Of a stretch of DNA of 64,000 nucleotides, positions 50,471 to 63,689 are shown in pieces. The position numbers were made by a program, and so were the translations under genes. Origin of the DNA: Octopus bimaculoides (taxonomy: Eukaryota); contig NC_068995.1 in NCBI RefSeq assembly GCF_001194135.2, positions 44,778,341-44,842,340 of the forward strand, read 5' to 3'. The notes beneath the pieces were generated by a model. That model was not told where the DNA came from. It did no database searches and saw only the letters and a list, made by a program, of their open reading frames with translations. The stretch's first letter is position 1; each line of letters begins with the position of its first letter.

Positions 50471-51532
50471 CCAATAAACATCATTATCATTATCATCATT
50501 TAGCGTCTGCTTTCTATGCTGGCATGGGTTAGACGGTTTCACTGGAACTGGTAAGCCAGAGAGCTGCACCAAGTTCCAGTCTGATTTAGCATGGCTTCTA
50601 CAGTTGGATGCCCTTCCTAACATCATCATCATTTAACACCCACTTTCCATGCTGGCATGGGGTAGACAGTTTGACTGGAACTTAGTTTTTGTATGCACTG
50701 TCACTAGCTACCAACATCATTGATAATGTTAAAGTTGTGAGCTGACAGAACCGTTAACATGCAGAGCAAAATGTTTAGAAGTAGATGCAGTGTTAAATGA
50801 GTAGTTTAGAGCAAAGTGTTCAGAGAGTATGCCTATTTCAGGTTCAATATTCATTGACAACACCAAGCAGTTACTTAAAAATATGGTTATTGTGAAGATT
50901 TGTGGGCTTACAGTTTGGTGGTTTAGAACATTTAAAATATAGCATGGCATTTGTCTGGCAAATGTATTGGATATTGAGGCTGATGAAAAATGATAATGGA
51001 ATTTGCTCACAATTTCTGATAATGAGTTTTTCAGTCATTCAGTCACTGAATTAGCATGTATTTTACTATTAATGTAATTCTTAGATGGAATGAATATGAC
51101 AAGACTAGACCTTTTGAATTATTGGGTTTCCTTATAGCTTCCATCTACTCTGTTTCACAATGCGGGGTTGATCTGAGGCTATAATAAAAGACTCTTACCC
51201 ATGATGCCACACAGATTGAACTCTGGATCTTGTGATTGAGAATCAAAGATTTTAACCATTCAGCCATAGTGTTCTATAGCTGAATATTTGATGACTTGGT
51301 TAAAAAAAAAAACGTAATTTTGTTGGTTTTGTAAGAATAAATAGTCAATACACTGACATATTTGATAATCTGGCTCTACCCTGAGTCCAAAGGGGTTGGA
51401 TTAACAGAACTGTATTGTCTCTGAATAGGAGTCAGGTAACTGCATGCTGGATATGAATGACCATCATAAGAAATGATTAAGTTTCACAGTCCTGCTTAGA
51501 CTATCATGTGACTGGAATTGGCATAACATACC

Positions 51533-51670
51533 ATTAACTTCAGCACCAAGCTACAAGGCTGATCATGTGACCATAGCTGGCACGATACAACGTTATCTTC
51601 AGCACCAAGCCACAAAGACTGATCATGTGTCTATGGTAAGATACCATTATCTTCAGCACCAAGCTAGAAA
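51533..51670 (+). repeat. 2.5 x 54-61-bp tandem repeat
   Basis: CTTCAGCACCAAGC x3 and CTGATCATGTG x2. Confidence 0.85.
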
Positions 51671-51956
51671 ACATCAAAGAATAATAAACTCTGTATATGA
51701 TTGGTCTAATATAGAAGCCAATTGGTTCAATCAATCAGTTACTTTGGCGCCACAAGCAAAGACAGTTCTTTTGACAGGAAATTAAAGCAGGAATCTTCAT
51801 TTCTAAGAAACCAATACAACATAGACTAATCAAAGCTCACTGTTTGGTCAGGTATTGATCTCTTTAACTTTTTTTTTCTTTATTGATTTAACAATTGCAA
51901 TCCATTTCCTTTTAACCAAATTGACACTGGTTTTTCTACATATTTCTGGTGTGCAT

Positions 51957-51988
<32 letters not shown>

Positions 51989-53183
51989 AAGAGACAGAGA
52001 GACTGTGCCTGTGTGTGATCATGTCTGTCTGTCTGTCTGTGTACATTTATGTTGTTTTCTGTTTAGCATTCCAAATATTGTTTATTGACCATAGAATAAA
52101 TAACTCTTATTCCTCCAGTCTCACCACAGAAAACAGAACTAACGTTAAATGTTTTTCTAGTTTGTTTCTTCTCCGCAAACATATTTATTCACCGATGTGC
52201 TGAAGTCAACATTCCCTCCAAGCCACAGCTGGTGTGGTGCTGCCGTGCAGTCAATGCATTGGTGCTGCACACATCTAAACGTTGTTGCTCATTTTTTATT
52301 CACACATTCACAAAGGTGCCATTGACAAGCTGCAGGAAAGTGTGAATGTCATGCACTTTGGCTCTGAGTGTGTAACCTTTTATAATACTCACCTGCCTGA
52401 AACCACTTTTGGTTCTGTGGAACTAATATCCTGTTTTAATACTTTTGATACAAACCTACTTGAGACTGTCCTTGGTTCTTTGATACAACCTTTCTGTTTA
52501 CTACTTCAAATACTTCTCCCCACCCCAACTCCCAGTTGAAGAGTTTTTGTCTTGCAAGGTACTCGACCCTGTCAGTACTACTGCCACGTAAAAAGCACTG
52601 GTGCTTGTTTCCTCATAAGAAACGCCCAATATGCTCTGTGAAGTGGTTGGCATTAGGAGGGTCATCCAGCTGCAGGAACCATACCAAAACAGACAATGGA
52701 ACCTGGTGCAGCTCCTGACTTTGCTAGCTCCTGTCAAACCATGAAACCCATGTCAACATGGAAAACTGACATTAAATGATGATGATGATGATGTGAATTA
52801 AAACCATCAAAATTTCAAGATAATTTATGTTCTAAACAAAAATATTTTACTAAATTCTTCATAGTTTNNNNNNNNNNAAAGCAGTATATTTCAACAGAAA
52901 TGTTCTAGACATACCATTTAGCTTCCAGATCTTTCCCCTCATGTTTGTCGTAATCCTTTTGATCCCAGCCCATCTGAGACCATCTCCGCTTCTCTGACAG
53001 CAAACTTCCTGTTTTAAAAGTGGTCTAAATTGAAAGCTATTGAAATGCTATTTCATGCTCTAAACACCTGCTCAATAATAATAAAGTTATTTTACTAAAT
53101 TCTTCCTTATTCTCCAAAAAATCTGGTAACAAAGGATTTAAGTATTTTTGCTCAGTGGTTGGAGAAAATTTCAAGATGTAGTA

Positions 53184-53633
53184 GGCACAGGCGTGACTGT
53201 GTGGTAAGAAGCTTGCTTCCCAACCCCGTGGTCTCAGGTTCAGTCCCACTGTGTGGCACCTTGGGCAAGTGTTTTTTACTATAGCCTAGGGCCGACAAAA
53301 CCTTGTGAATGTATTTGGTAGATAGAAACTGAAAGAAGCTCATCGTGTGTATATATATGTGTGTGTGTGTGTGTGTATGTATGTCTGTGTTGTCCCCACT
53401 TCACTGCTTGACANNNNNNNNNNGTGTGTATGTATGTCTGTGTTGTCCCCACTTCACTGCTTGACAACCGGTGTTGGTGTGTTTATGTCCCTGTAACTTA
53501 GTGGTTCAGCAGAAGAGACTGATAGAATAAGTACTAGGCTTAAAAGTAAAATAAACACTGGGGTTGATTTGTTCAACTAAAACCCTTCAAGGTGGTGCTC
53601 CAGCATGGCCGCAATCAAACGACTGAAACAAGT
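53184..53633 (+). mobile_element. SINE family A, full length (contains a 10-N gap with duplicated flanks)
   Basis: Colinear similarity to the other family A copies. Confidence 0.85.
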
Positions 53634-54546
53634 TTAAACAAAAGCATTGATTAGGGTACATTGCAGTAGTTACATGTAGTAGCACTTGTTTTAGTCATCG
53701 CCGTTAAGGTCAAGCTGGAGCACACCATGTATAGTGGCTTTGTGTGTGTTTTCTATATATCCTGTGATCCAATTTGGTTGTTGTTGTTGTTTCTTATGTT
53801 TGAAATCACTAGTTGTTCACTCATCTAATTAGGGGACTCTGTTCTATCCTTGTTATAACAAGTTCCAAATGTTTGGTCTGGAACACTAAAAGGAATATGA
53901 TATGGCATTCTTTAAAGTTTCAAGGTGGAGTCCTTTATTCTTTGTGGAAAACTGTTTTATTAATTCTTCACCATTAAATGATAAATTACTGTAGTGTACA
54001 GAGTCTTAATGCAAGAATGTGAAAAAGACATTTAAGCAGTCTGGTGATCTCTACCGTTCCACTTATTCCAGTATTTATTATCATAATGTAATAAATTTTA
54101 TATGCTGTGATATTTACAAAAGAGGAAATATTCTTTTATTACATATTAAATGTAACATAATAAATCAGGCTAAATTGTACAGACTACATACTATAGTAGG
54201 TACTAAATATAGTACATACAACATTTTATAGTATTTATTTAGTACATTCTATGTAGTGTAATAGTTACTAAATATTTTATACTAAATATCATAAGACATA
54301 CTAAATGGAACAGACTATATTCAATAGTAGCTACCATGTAGTACATGTAACGTGATACAACATGGGCTATTTTGTACATTCTATATGGTATAGTAGGTAC
54401 TAAGTAATACATAACAGACATCTCCATACACACACACACATATTTTACAATACAAATAAGAAGATATTTTTTGAATGCAGAATTGCCGTTAGAACAGCAG
54501 AAATATTGGGTAAATTACCCTTACAAAGCAGAAAAATTTGTCAACT

Positions 54547-54617
54547 ACCAACCATGGGACTCAAACCCACATCCCCCAAGACTCTGGCTAAGTGCTTTAC
54601 CATTAAGCTAAACTGCC
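54547..54617 (-). pseudogene. tRNA-like relic (tRNA pseudogene or SINE head)
   Basis: Minus strand folds a D stem GCTT/AAGC and T stem GTGGG/CCCAT with loop TTTGAGT; the acceptor and anticodon stems are mismatched. Confidence 0.6.
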
Positions 54618-54860
54618 TGCTGACAAATTCATTTGTCAAATTTTGATGCTAAATAATACATACTAAACTGTATGTATTAATTAGTACATGTATAGTACAG
54701 TAGGTACTAACAAGTACATATGTTACAATATGTACTAAATAGTGCGTTCGAAAAATATCTTTTTATTTGTACCGTACAGTACACATTTCAATACTTGTAA
54801 AAAAACAAAAGTTAGTTTGTTTATATACATTTTATACACACGCACGCGCAAACACAAACA

Positions 54861-55143
54861 CTGACTGGTGCCCCAGAAAGATTTACCTATAATTAAAAAA
54901 GATTCTTGAAAATTATTAGATAAAGCAATTATATATTTTGATCGTGCACTGTGATTTGTGTATGTTTCAGCTTTGAGTGCTTATAGTTTTGTTTGACTGT
55001 GATAATGTCCTCAACAAATATGGCGTCTCAAGTTAAACGTGATGAAGTTGTTGCATTAAAATCAGCAGGAAAATCAAACAATGATGTTGCAAAACAGTAT
55101 AGTGTCTGGAAAAGATATAATCAGTCTGGCACGACATCAAGCA
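54861..55143 (+). mobile_element. Tc1/mariner-like transposon 5' fragment (HTH region)
   Basis: ATG at 55020 gives MASQVKRDEVVALKSAGKSNNDVAKQYSVWKRYNQSGTTSS, a paired-like HTH with an apparent internal in-frame deletion. Possible terminal repeat at about 54865. Confidence 0.7.
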
Positions 55144-55399
55144 ATGCTATAGTAGGCCTACTATAGTACATACTATATGATATAGTAGGTATACCATGGT
55201 ATCTAATAGTATCAGATAGTTTATGATGTGGTAGGTGTAGTATAGTATTTACTTGTTAGGTCTTTGGTACGGTTTCTTCTTGAAAAGGTAATGACCCCTT
55301 TCAGTCATGAATGACCATGGGATTGTACCTAGACATCCCCCAAGGCACAAATCTGGGCAAGATTGTTTATGGAAGACCAGCTTATCGCCTTCAATAATG

Positions 55400-56040
55400 T
55401 TTCAAATGTTGGCACAAGGTCAGTGGTTTTAGGGGAAAGGACGCTGGTTGATTAAATCAACTCTACTGTTCAACTGCTACTTATTTTTTTCAACCCCCGA
55501 AAGAAGGAAAGGCAAAGTCAACTTTGGTTGAATTTGAACTCTGGATGTAAAACTAGAAGAACTGCCTTTAAGCATTTTGTCAGGCACACTAACGATTCTG
55601 CCAGTTTGGCACCGTCAGTAAAAATGGTTCAAGATTTTGACATGAGGTCAGCTAAGTCGATTACATCGACCCCAGTGCTCAACTGATACTTATTTTATCA
55701 ACCTTGACAGGATGAAAGGCAAAATTGACCTCGGCAGAATTTGAACTCGGATTGTAAAGACAGGCAAAATGCCATGAAGCATTTTTCCTGGCATGCTAAC
55801 GGTTCTGCCAGCTCGCCATCTTCAGTAATAAGGGTTTCAAGTTTTGACGCAAAGCCAACTATTTTGAAAGAGGAGGCTAAGTGCTCAAGCGGTACTTATT
55901 TTATCGACCTCTGAAAAGGAGAAAAGCTCCCGGAACATAAAAACAGGCAAAATGTCGTTAAGCATCTTGTATGGCATGCTAATGATTCTGCCAACTTTCC
56001 ACTTTATCACCTTTGGAATAATAATAATAATAATAATAAT
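55400..56040 (-). mobile_element. Three head-to-tail SINE family B copies
   Basis: Three successive diverged units ending near 55615, 55818 and 56000, each with TTCTGCCA(G/A) and AAGCAT motifs. Confidence 0.82.
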
Positions 56041-57923
56041 TTCATGAAGTAAGCAGTACAGTGGTATTAGCTTATCAGAACATTCCCAGACTATATAAAT
56101 ATGTCAGTTATTGGAACATGTCAAAGAACTTACGTCTATGTGTGTGTTAACATGCTGTGTGTATGCTGTCTCAAACATTACATGTCCACAGCTTCTCCTC
56201 CTCCTAGTGACCTACAAAGGTTACATGCATCTCAAGAGTTCTTGCAATCATAAAATATGTTATTAGCTCTTCGAGTAATTCTTACTTTACTGATTCCTTA
56301 AATTTCAAAACTAAACTGAATGGAATTTCGGGGTTTTACCATTTACCCTTCCTCGCAAGGAATGCTTTTGTTTGTTTGTATGTTTCTCTTTTGCCCCTTT
56401 TTTCTTTTTCCTTTTCTTTTTCTTGACAAATTCTTCAGTGTTGTCTTCTGTGCCTGGGAATTTTACCCACCACTACTACTACCTCAACCATTTATCTACC
56501 ACTACTTTTATCACTATATCTCCTATCACCACCACTGCTGCCACCTCCTCTCATTGCTCTAACCACTACCATCAACACCTCTATTACTGTTACTCCACTA
56601 CCACGTCTACTACCACCACCACCACCATTTTGATTATGAAGATTATTTCATACTAAAGTTGTGTGGGTTTGATGGTGCTGTAAATTTATACATTTCTTTA
56701 GTCTGTACATGTCCTTTATGTATCAAGCTGAGTATTGTAATAGTTGTATGGCTATGGGGAGACTACTTAGGGATTGATTGACTTAACTATTCCAGATGTT
56801 GTAAGGCATGGCTGTGTGGTATGTATGTATATCTAATGTGTATTAAACGATGAAGACAGACATTAAACGATGATGATGGTCCTCGCCTGTGCTTGTGCCA
56901 TGTACAAAGCACTACTCAACTCACCTGTACCTGTGCCATGTAAAATGCACTCAGTCCACTCTGCTGAGTGGTCGGTGTTAGGAAGGGCATCCAGCTGTAA
57001 AAATTCTGCCCAAAACAGACACAGAAGCCTGGTGTAGGCTTCGGCCTGGCCGGCTCTTGTGGTACTGTCCCACCCATGCTAGCATGGAAGACAGATGTTA
57101 AACGGTGATGATGATGATGTTGATTGATGATGATGATGAAAGAGAGCTAGTTTAACCAACTTTCAGATTACTCAGCCAAATCTTATGCTTTTTTTATTCA
57201 AATTGTTTTGCATTATCTTAAAAGCTTTGAGGTTTTGATGAGGTGATTGTTAATTTTTTTTTAAATGTCAGTGTAGGTTAAGGTTTGAGAGGCTATGTGT
57301 GATCAGCTTGAATGTAAAACATGCCGAGTATTTGAGCCAGATTGGGCTGGTTTATGTTGCTAAAGGGTTTGCGCTGGCTCAGTTTGTATTATAGTAACTG
57401 AGTGATGTGCTGATATATGCTAAAGTTGCTTCATTAAGGAAGCAATGGGAGAAGGTTAGGGGGTACTAATTGACATTTAGCAGGTATAAGTTGTGTGTGT
57501 GTAAGTGTGATGTTGGTGGTGAGGGCAAATATTTGTAACAAGTAAACAGAAATTTGAATAACATCCACACATTCTTACAACACTGGGTGGGTGGAGTGAA
57601 AGACGGGTGGGGCCGGGAAGAGGGTGGCGGTATGTTTAGTGAAGCAACATAATGAAGAGTAAACTGCAATCTGCACAGCTGACATAACATACATTCATTA
57701 ACTGACAAGTGTATGTATGTGTGTTGTTTATACGTGTGTGTGTGTGTGTGATGTATTATTAGAGTTATGTTGTTTGTGTTAGGGTGGGTTGGGACAAGTT
57801 TGGAGGGTAACATGTAGAGAGACAAGTTAGGGTTAGTGGAGGGAATCATCAAATAAAATGTATAAATGTATATATCATCATTATAATTATTATTATTATA
57901 ATTATTATTATTAGTAGTAGTAG

Positions 57924-58630
57924 TAAGGCAGTGAGCTGGCAGAGTCATTAGCACGCTGGGCAAAATGTTTAGTGGCATTTTTTCTGTCTTCACGTTCTGA
58001 GTTCAAATTCCGCCGAGGTTGACTTTGCCTTTCATCCTTTCCGGGGTCGATAAAATTAGTATCAGTTATGCATTGGGGTTGATGTAATCGACTTATAATC
58101 CCTTCCCCCAAATTTGAGGCCCTGTGCTTCCAGTAAAAAGGATTAATATTATTATTATTATTATTATTGTTCTTGTTGTTGTTGTTAAGGTGGCAACCTG
58201 GCAGAATTGTTAGCACGCTGGATGAAATGCTTAGTGGTATTTTGCCCGTCGCTACATTCTGAGTTCAAATTCCTCCGAGATCAACTTTGCCTTTCATCCT
58301 TTCGGGGTCGATAAATTAAGTACCAGTTGAAGACTGGGGGTCGATGTAATCGACTCATCTCCTCCCACAAAATTGCTGCCCTTGTGGCAAAATTTGAAAC
58401 CATTGTTGTTGTTGTTGTTGTAACTGGCTGAATCATTAGTGTGTCAAACAAAAATACTTACCAGCATTTCTCCCACCTCTTTACATCCTGAGTTCAAATT
58501 CTATTGAAGTCGACTTTGCTGTTCATCCTCTTGGGGTTATTAAAATAAGTACTGATTGAACACTGGGAGTGATGTAATTAACTAGTCCCTCCCCACAAAT
58601 TCCAGGCCTTGTGCCTAGAGTAGAAATTAT
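57924..58630 (+). mobile_element. Three head-to-tail SINE family B copies
   Basis: Units start near 57924, 58186 and 58423, each preceded by an (ATT)n or (GTT)n tail. Confidence 0.87.
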
Positions 58631-60466
58631 CACCATTGTTATGGGAAAGGTGGATGGCCTAAGTGGTCAGTCAACTAGGTCCTGTAACAAAAGGCTGCAA
58701 GTTCAGTTCCTGGTCTGGAAGTTGTGTTGGATTCTTAGGTAAAGCTCTTTATTTGACATTGCTCCTGTCCACTCAGATGGCCAAAATGAGTGACCAACTG
58801 GTCAGTGCCAACTTTGTAACAACATCGTTATAGAGTCAATGGTATGGCCTAAATCCTTCAAACATGAAGAGAAGTATATCCAATGGTGAACTGTTTATAT
58901 CTTACCATTATTCTTAAAAGGTAATGGATTAATGGATTTGTTAGTGTCACGTATAAAGCACCCTCATACCACTCTGTAAAGTGGTTGGCTTTAGGAAGGG
59001 CATCCAGCCGCAGAAACCATACCAAAACGGACAATTGGAGCTTAGCCAGTTCTTGTCAAACTGTGCAACTCATGCCAGCATGGAAAACAGACGTTAAACG
59101 ATGGTGAGGATTTGTTCTGGTGCTTTACATTTTGAGTTTAAATCCCACTGAGGTCAGCTTCACCAATGTTGGTGTGATGTAAAAAGCACATAGCACACCC
59201 TGTTGAGTGGTTGCTGTTATGAAGGGCATCCAGTTGTGGAAACCATACCAAAGCAGACGTAGAACTTGGTGGGGCCCTCTGACTCTTTTGTTCTCGTCAA
59301 ACTGTCCAACCCATGCCAGCAGGAAAAGGACATTAAATGACGGTGATGATGACAATAATGACTCATAATTAAGCACCAGTTAAATACCCTAACCCTAACC
59401 CCTCCATTGTACCTCATTAGAAACAATTAGAGATCAGTGGATCAAAGATAGAATTGGTTGAGCTTTGGGTAAAATGTCTTATGCTTGTTTATGTTCTGTG
59501 TTCAAATCCAATTGAGGACACCTTTACCTTTTGTCCTTTCAGGGCTGATAAAATGAAGGACCAGTCAGCTACTGAGGTCTCCCCTAAATTTTTGGCTTTG
59601 TGCCTATGTTGGAAATAGCTATTATAATTGATAGTCTATTTAATGAATAATCATTTCTTTAAAGACATCAGTTCACCATCATTAACATTTTAGCGTCCAC
59701 TTCTTTTTTGACTTGACAGCATTTCATCCATCTTCATGCTCTGAGCTCAACTTCCATTTCAGCCGTCTTTGTCTTTCATCCTTTTAGGATCAATAAAATA
59801 AATTCCCGTTGGATATTGTGATCAATCTAATCAACTTACCCTCCTCTCCCTCCCCCCAAATTGCTGGCCTTGTGTCAAAGTTTGTAATCATCATTATAAT
59901 TGACTGGCTTGTCTTCTCTTTACTGAATTCATTTACAATGAACTCTTAAACACAGCTTGGGGGCTACAGCAGAAGGCATTTGCCCCTCGGTGCTGTGCAG
60001 TAGGACTGAACCTTAGACCACGATGTTGGGAAGCGAACATCATAACCCAACAGCCATATTTCTAGATTATATAAACCATTTATTACTTTCTCTAGCCAGT
60101 AGACATTTTCTGTTGATATTAAATAAATAATTTCTTTTATTTTTTTCCATTCCCCTCCACCACCTCATCTCTTTCTCTGATCTCACTTCAGTAACTTACA
60201 ATCATCAATATATTATAGTATTGATTTATTCTCTTCCTCTTTCTCCTCCCACCTCACCTCTTCTGTCCTCCTCTTTTTTAACACACTCACAACTCTTAAG
60301 CACAGCAACCTAACCCATCGTGTGCAATCATCTCCTTTCTCTTGATATCGCTTGATATATTTATTTCATCACACCCCTAAACAGATGCTGGTAATGATAT
60401 TCCAACATCTGCAGCTGCTAGATCTGGCTAAATTAACTGCGTAAATTTACACATCTCTAATTAGTC

Positions 60467-60545
60467 GAGGAAGATTTTGTAATTCACCACATTAGCACAC
60501 TTTTACTATATTGTGTGCTAATGTGGTTGTGTAATTATAGCCCTC
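60467..60545. ncRNA. Candidate pre-miRNA-like hairpin
   Basis: Perfect 15-bp inverted repeat ACCACATTAGCACAC (60486-60500) / GTGTGCTAATGTGGT (60513-60527), 12-nt loop, imperfect basal extension, in non-repeat sequence. Confidence 0.35.
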
Positions 60546-60601
60546 ACATCTTAAAGTATCAAACCTACACCACAAAATAATGGTTTGTTGTGCCTAGTAA
60601 C

Positions 60602-60690
<89 letters not shown>

Positions 60691-60691
<1 letters not shown>

Positions 60692-61066
60692 GGGTGTGTG
60701 GTAAGAAATTTGCTTCCCAACCACATGGTTCCAGGTTCAGTCCCACTGCATGGCACTTTGGGTGAGTATTTTCTACTATAGTTTCGGGCTGACCAGAGCC
60801 TTGTTGCTGGATTCGGTGAGATAGAAACTGAAAGAAGCCTGTTGTATGTATGTATGTATGTATGTATGTTCATATATCTGTGTTTCCGCCCCCACCGCTG
60901 CTTGACAGTGTGTTTATGTCCCCGTAACTTAGTCGTTCATCAAAAGAAAACCAATATAATAAGTACTAGGTTTAAAAAAAAAAAAGTACTTGGATTGATT
61001 CATTCAACTAATATTCTTCAAGGTGGTGCTCCAGCATGGCTGTAGTCTGATGACTGAAACAAGTAA
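60691..61066 (+). mobile_element. SINE family A, full length
   Basis: Head GTGTGTGGTAAGAAATTTGCTTCCCAACCACATGGTTCCAGGTTCAGTCCC, internal (ATGT)n, standard tail. Confidence 0.85.
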
Positions 61067-61258
61067 ATGCACACACACATCTATCAATCCATAAGATGCA
61101 CAAGCAAGGCTGTGTGGTTGAGAACTATGAGTGCATGGTTTCAGGTTCAGCCCTAGTGTGTGACACTTTGAGCAAGTATCTTGTGAGTGGATTTGGTACA
61201 TGCAAACTGTCATATATACATATGCATGTGTGTGTCTCTCTCTCTTTTTCTTTCTCTC

Positions 61259-61289
<31 letters not shown>

Positions 61290-61316
61290 CTCCTTCTCTT
61301 TCTCTCTCTTTCTCTC

Positions 61317-61352
<36 letters not shown>

Positions 61353-62121
61353 TCTGTCTCTTTGTCTTCATATTGTGTAATAGTTGTAAATGAGCGTTAC
61401 CATCTTGTACACACACACACACAGTCCTGTGTTTCCAATCTTCCATGAAAACATGTCTGGCCATGGCAGAATATTACCTGACTTAGAAACAGGTGAGGGT
61501 TCATGACAGGAAGGGCTTCCAGCTGTAGGAAATCTGCCTCAACAAATTCTGTCTGACCCGTTGGAACATGGAAAAGTGGACATTAAAATGATGATGTTAA
61601 TGATGTATAAAAATAATGTGTATGTGTATTTATACATCCACATTGTGATAATTATTTTGGCAGTGGTTTTTCCATGCTGGCATGGATTGGTCTGGCCTTC
61701 TCCAGCACAAAATTCCACCACTTCTTGTGTTCCTTTGTCACCTCTTTTATGAAGTTTAAGTTTCCTGAGTTTCGGCTGTTACCATTTCTTTGCCAGCCCT
61801 TGTAAAACCGTCCAACCCATTCTAGTATGGACAATGGATGTTAAATGATGACGATCTGTCTTCTGTCTTCCTTTGCCACCAATTTCTTCCACATCAATAC
61901 CTTGGTGGCACTCCTCCTCCTCCTCCTCCTCCTCCTCATCATCATCATCATCATCATCATCATCAACATCTACATACCAAGGAAAGCTATTTATTTCTCT
62001 TTTAAAGCACGTTACAATCGATTCCTCTCATACTCAGTTTTTCTCTCTCAGCTCATCTGTGCCCCATTATTCATTGTTAAGCACATCCAGTAGATTGTGC
62101 TTAATTCTTTTCCTTTCGACC

Positions 62122-62158
<37 letters not shown>

Positions 62159-62459
62159 TGCATTCACTGCATGCATCTCACTACCCTAAATACATCATCA
62201 TCATCATCTCACATCCATTTGCCATGTGACATGAGTTGCACAGAAACTGGAGAGCTGCACCAGGCTCCAATTGTCTGTTTTGGCATGGTTTCTGCAGCTG
62301 TGTGCCCTTCCTAATACCAACCATATTACAGAGTGTAATGAGTGCTTTTTATGTGGCACCAACATGGGTGCTTTTTTTCATGGCATCAACATACATATAA
62401 ATATATATATATATGATACATATATATGTATGTATTTGTATACAAGTGAATATATTCTT

Positions 62460-62882
62460 TTCTACTCTAGGTACACAGCCCGAAATTTTGGGGGAAGTGG
62501 GGCAGTCGATTAGATCGAACCCAGTATGCAACTGGTACTTATTGACCCCGAAAGGATGAAAAGCAAAGTTGGCCTCGGCGGAATTTGAACTCAGAATGTA
62601 AAGACAGACGAAATACTACTAAGCATTTCGTACGGCGTGCTAATGTTTCTTATTTCTTTATTGCCCACAAGGGGGCTAAACATAGAGGGGAGAAACAAGG
62701 ACAGACAAACGGATTAAGTCGATTATATCGACCCCAGTGCGTAACTGGTACTTAATTTATCGACCCTCAAAGGATGAAAGGCAAAGTTGACCTTGGCAGA
62801 ATTTGAACTCAGAACGTAAAGACAGATAAAATACTACTAAGCATTTTGCACGGCGTGCTAACGTTTCTGCCAGCTCGCTGCC
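62460..62882 (-). mobile_element. Two tandem SINE family B copies
   Basis: Two near-identical units containing CGACCC...AAAGGATGAAAG...GAATTTGAACTCAGAA...GACAGA(C/T)(G/A)AAATACTACTAAGCATTT. Confidence 0.88.
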
Positions 62883-62980
62883 TATATATGTAAATATATT
62901 ATCATATATATGTATATATTTGTGTACCTAGTTTAATTGTGAAAGTGTGTTTGTGTGTGTGTATTTGGTGCAGCACCTTG

Positions 62981-63137
62981 AGCATGGCTGTGCGGTAAGT
63001 AGCTTGCTTTCCAACCACATAATTCTGGGTTCAGTCCCACGGCATGACACCTTGAGCAAGTGTCTTCTGCTATAGCCTCGGGCCGACCAAAGCCTTGTGA
63101 GTGGATTTGGTAGACTGAAACAAGCCCGTTGTATGTT

Positions 63138-63172
<35 letters not shown>

Positions 63173-63339
63173 GTGTCTGTGTTTGTACCCCCTTCAACAC
63201 TTGATAACTGATGTTGGTGTGTTTACGTCCCTGTAACATTAGCAGTTCAGCAAAAGTGGCCAACAGAATAAGTCCTGGGGTCAACTAGAAGCAGTGCTCC
63301 AGCATGGCTGTAGTCAAATGACTGAAAGAAGTTAAAGAA
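62981..63339 (+). mobile_element. SINE family A, full length
   Basis: Colinear similarity to the other family A copies. Confidence 0.85.
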
Positions 63340-63349
63340 TATATATATG

Positions 63350-63386
<37 letters not shown>

Positions 63387-63638
63387 TGTGAATAATATCC
63401 TTGTTTAAAAATATCTATCTAGCTATCTCTCCATATATATATATATTACAGTCTAATATATACGTGTAATCTATATACATATATCTATGTATGTATAAAG
63501 CATATCTAAGTTTGGTGGGGATGGTGAGAGGATAGACAGTTTAAGTGGGGGTAGAATGTTATAATTTTGTGTGTGTCTGCATATATTTTTCTCTTTCTCT
63601 TCCTCTCAACCATGGCAACAAGTACTGTCTTATATAGG

Positions 63639-63689
<51 letters not shown>

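Larger units (their letters stand above)
54150..55260. repeat. Degenerate TAGTA/TACTA-rich repeat region interrupted by a tRNA-like relic and a Tc1 fragment
   Basis: CTATAGTAGG / TATAGTAC motifs recur near 54190, 54390, 54690 and 55150. Confidence 0.65.

Noticed and set aside
50142-50477. 111-aa ORF without N or dinucleotide repeats
   Set aside because: It overlaps a degenerate 23-bp tandem repeat, starts at GTG and has no recognisable domain.
52391-52500. Perfect minus-strand donor CAG|GTGAGT with an open frame upstream
   Set aside because: No credible pyrimidine-rich acceptor; one perfect 9-mer is expected by chance at this scale.
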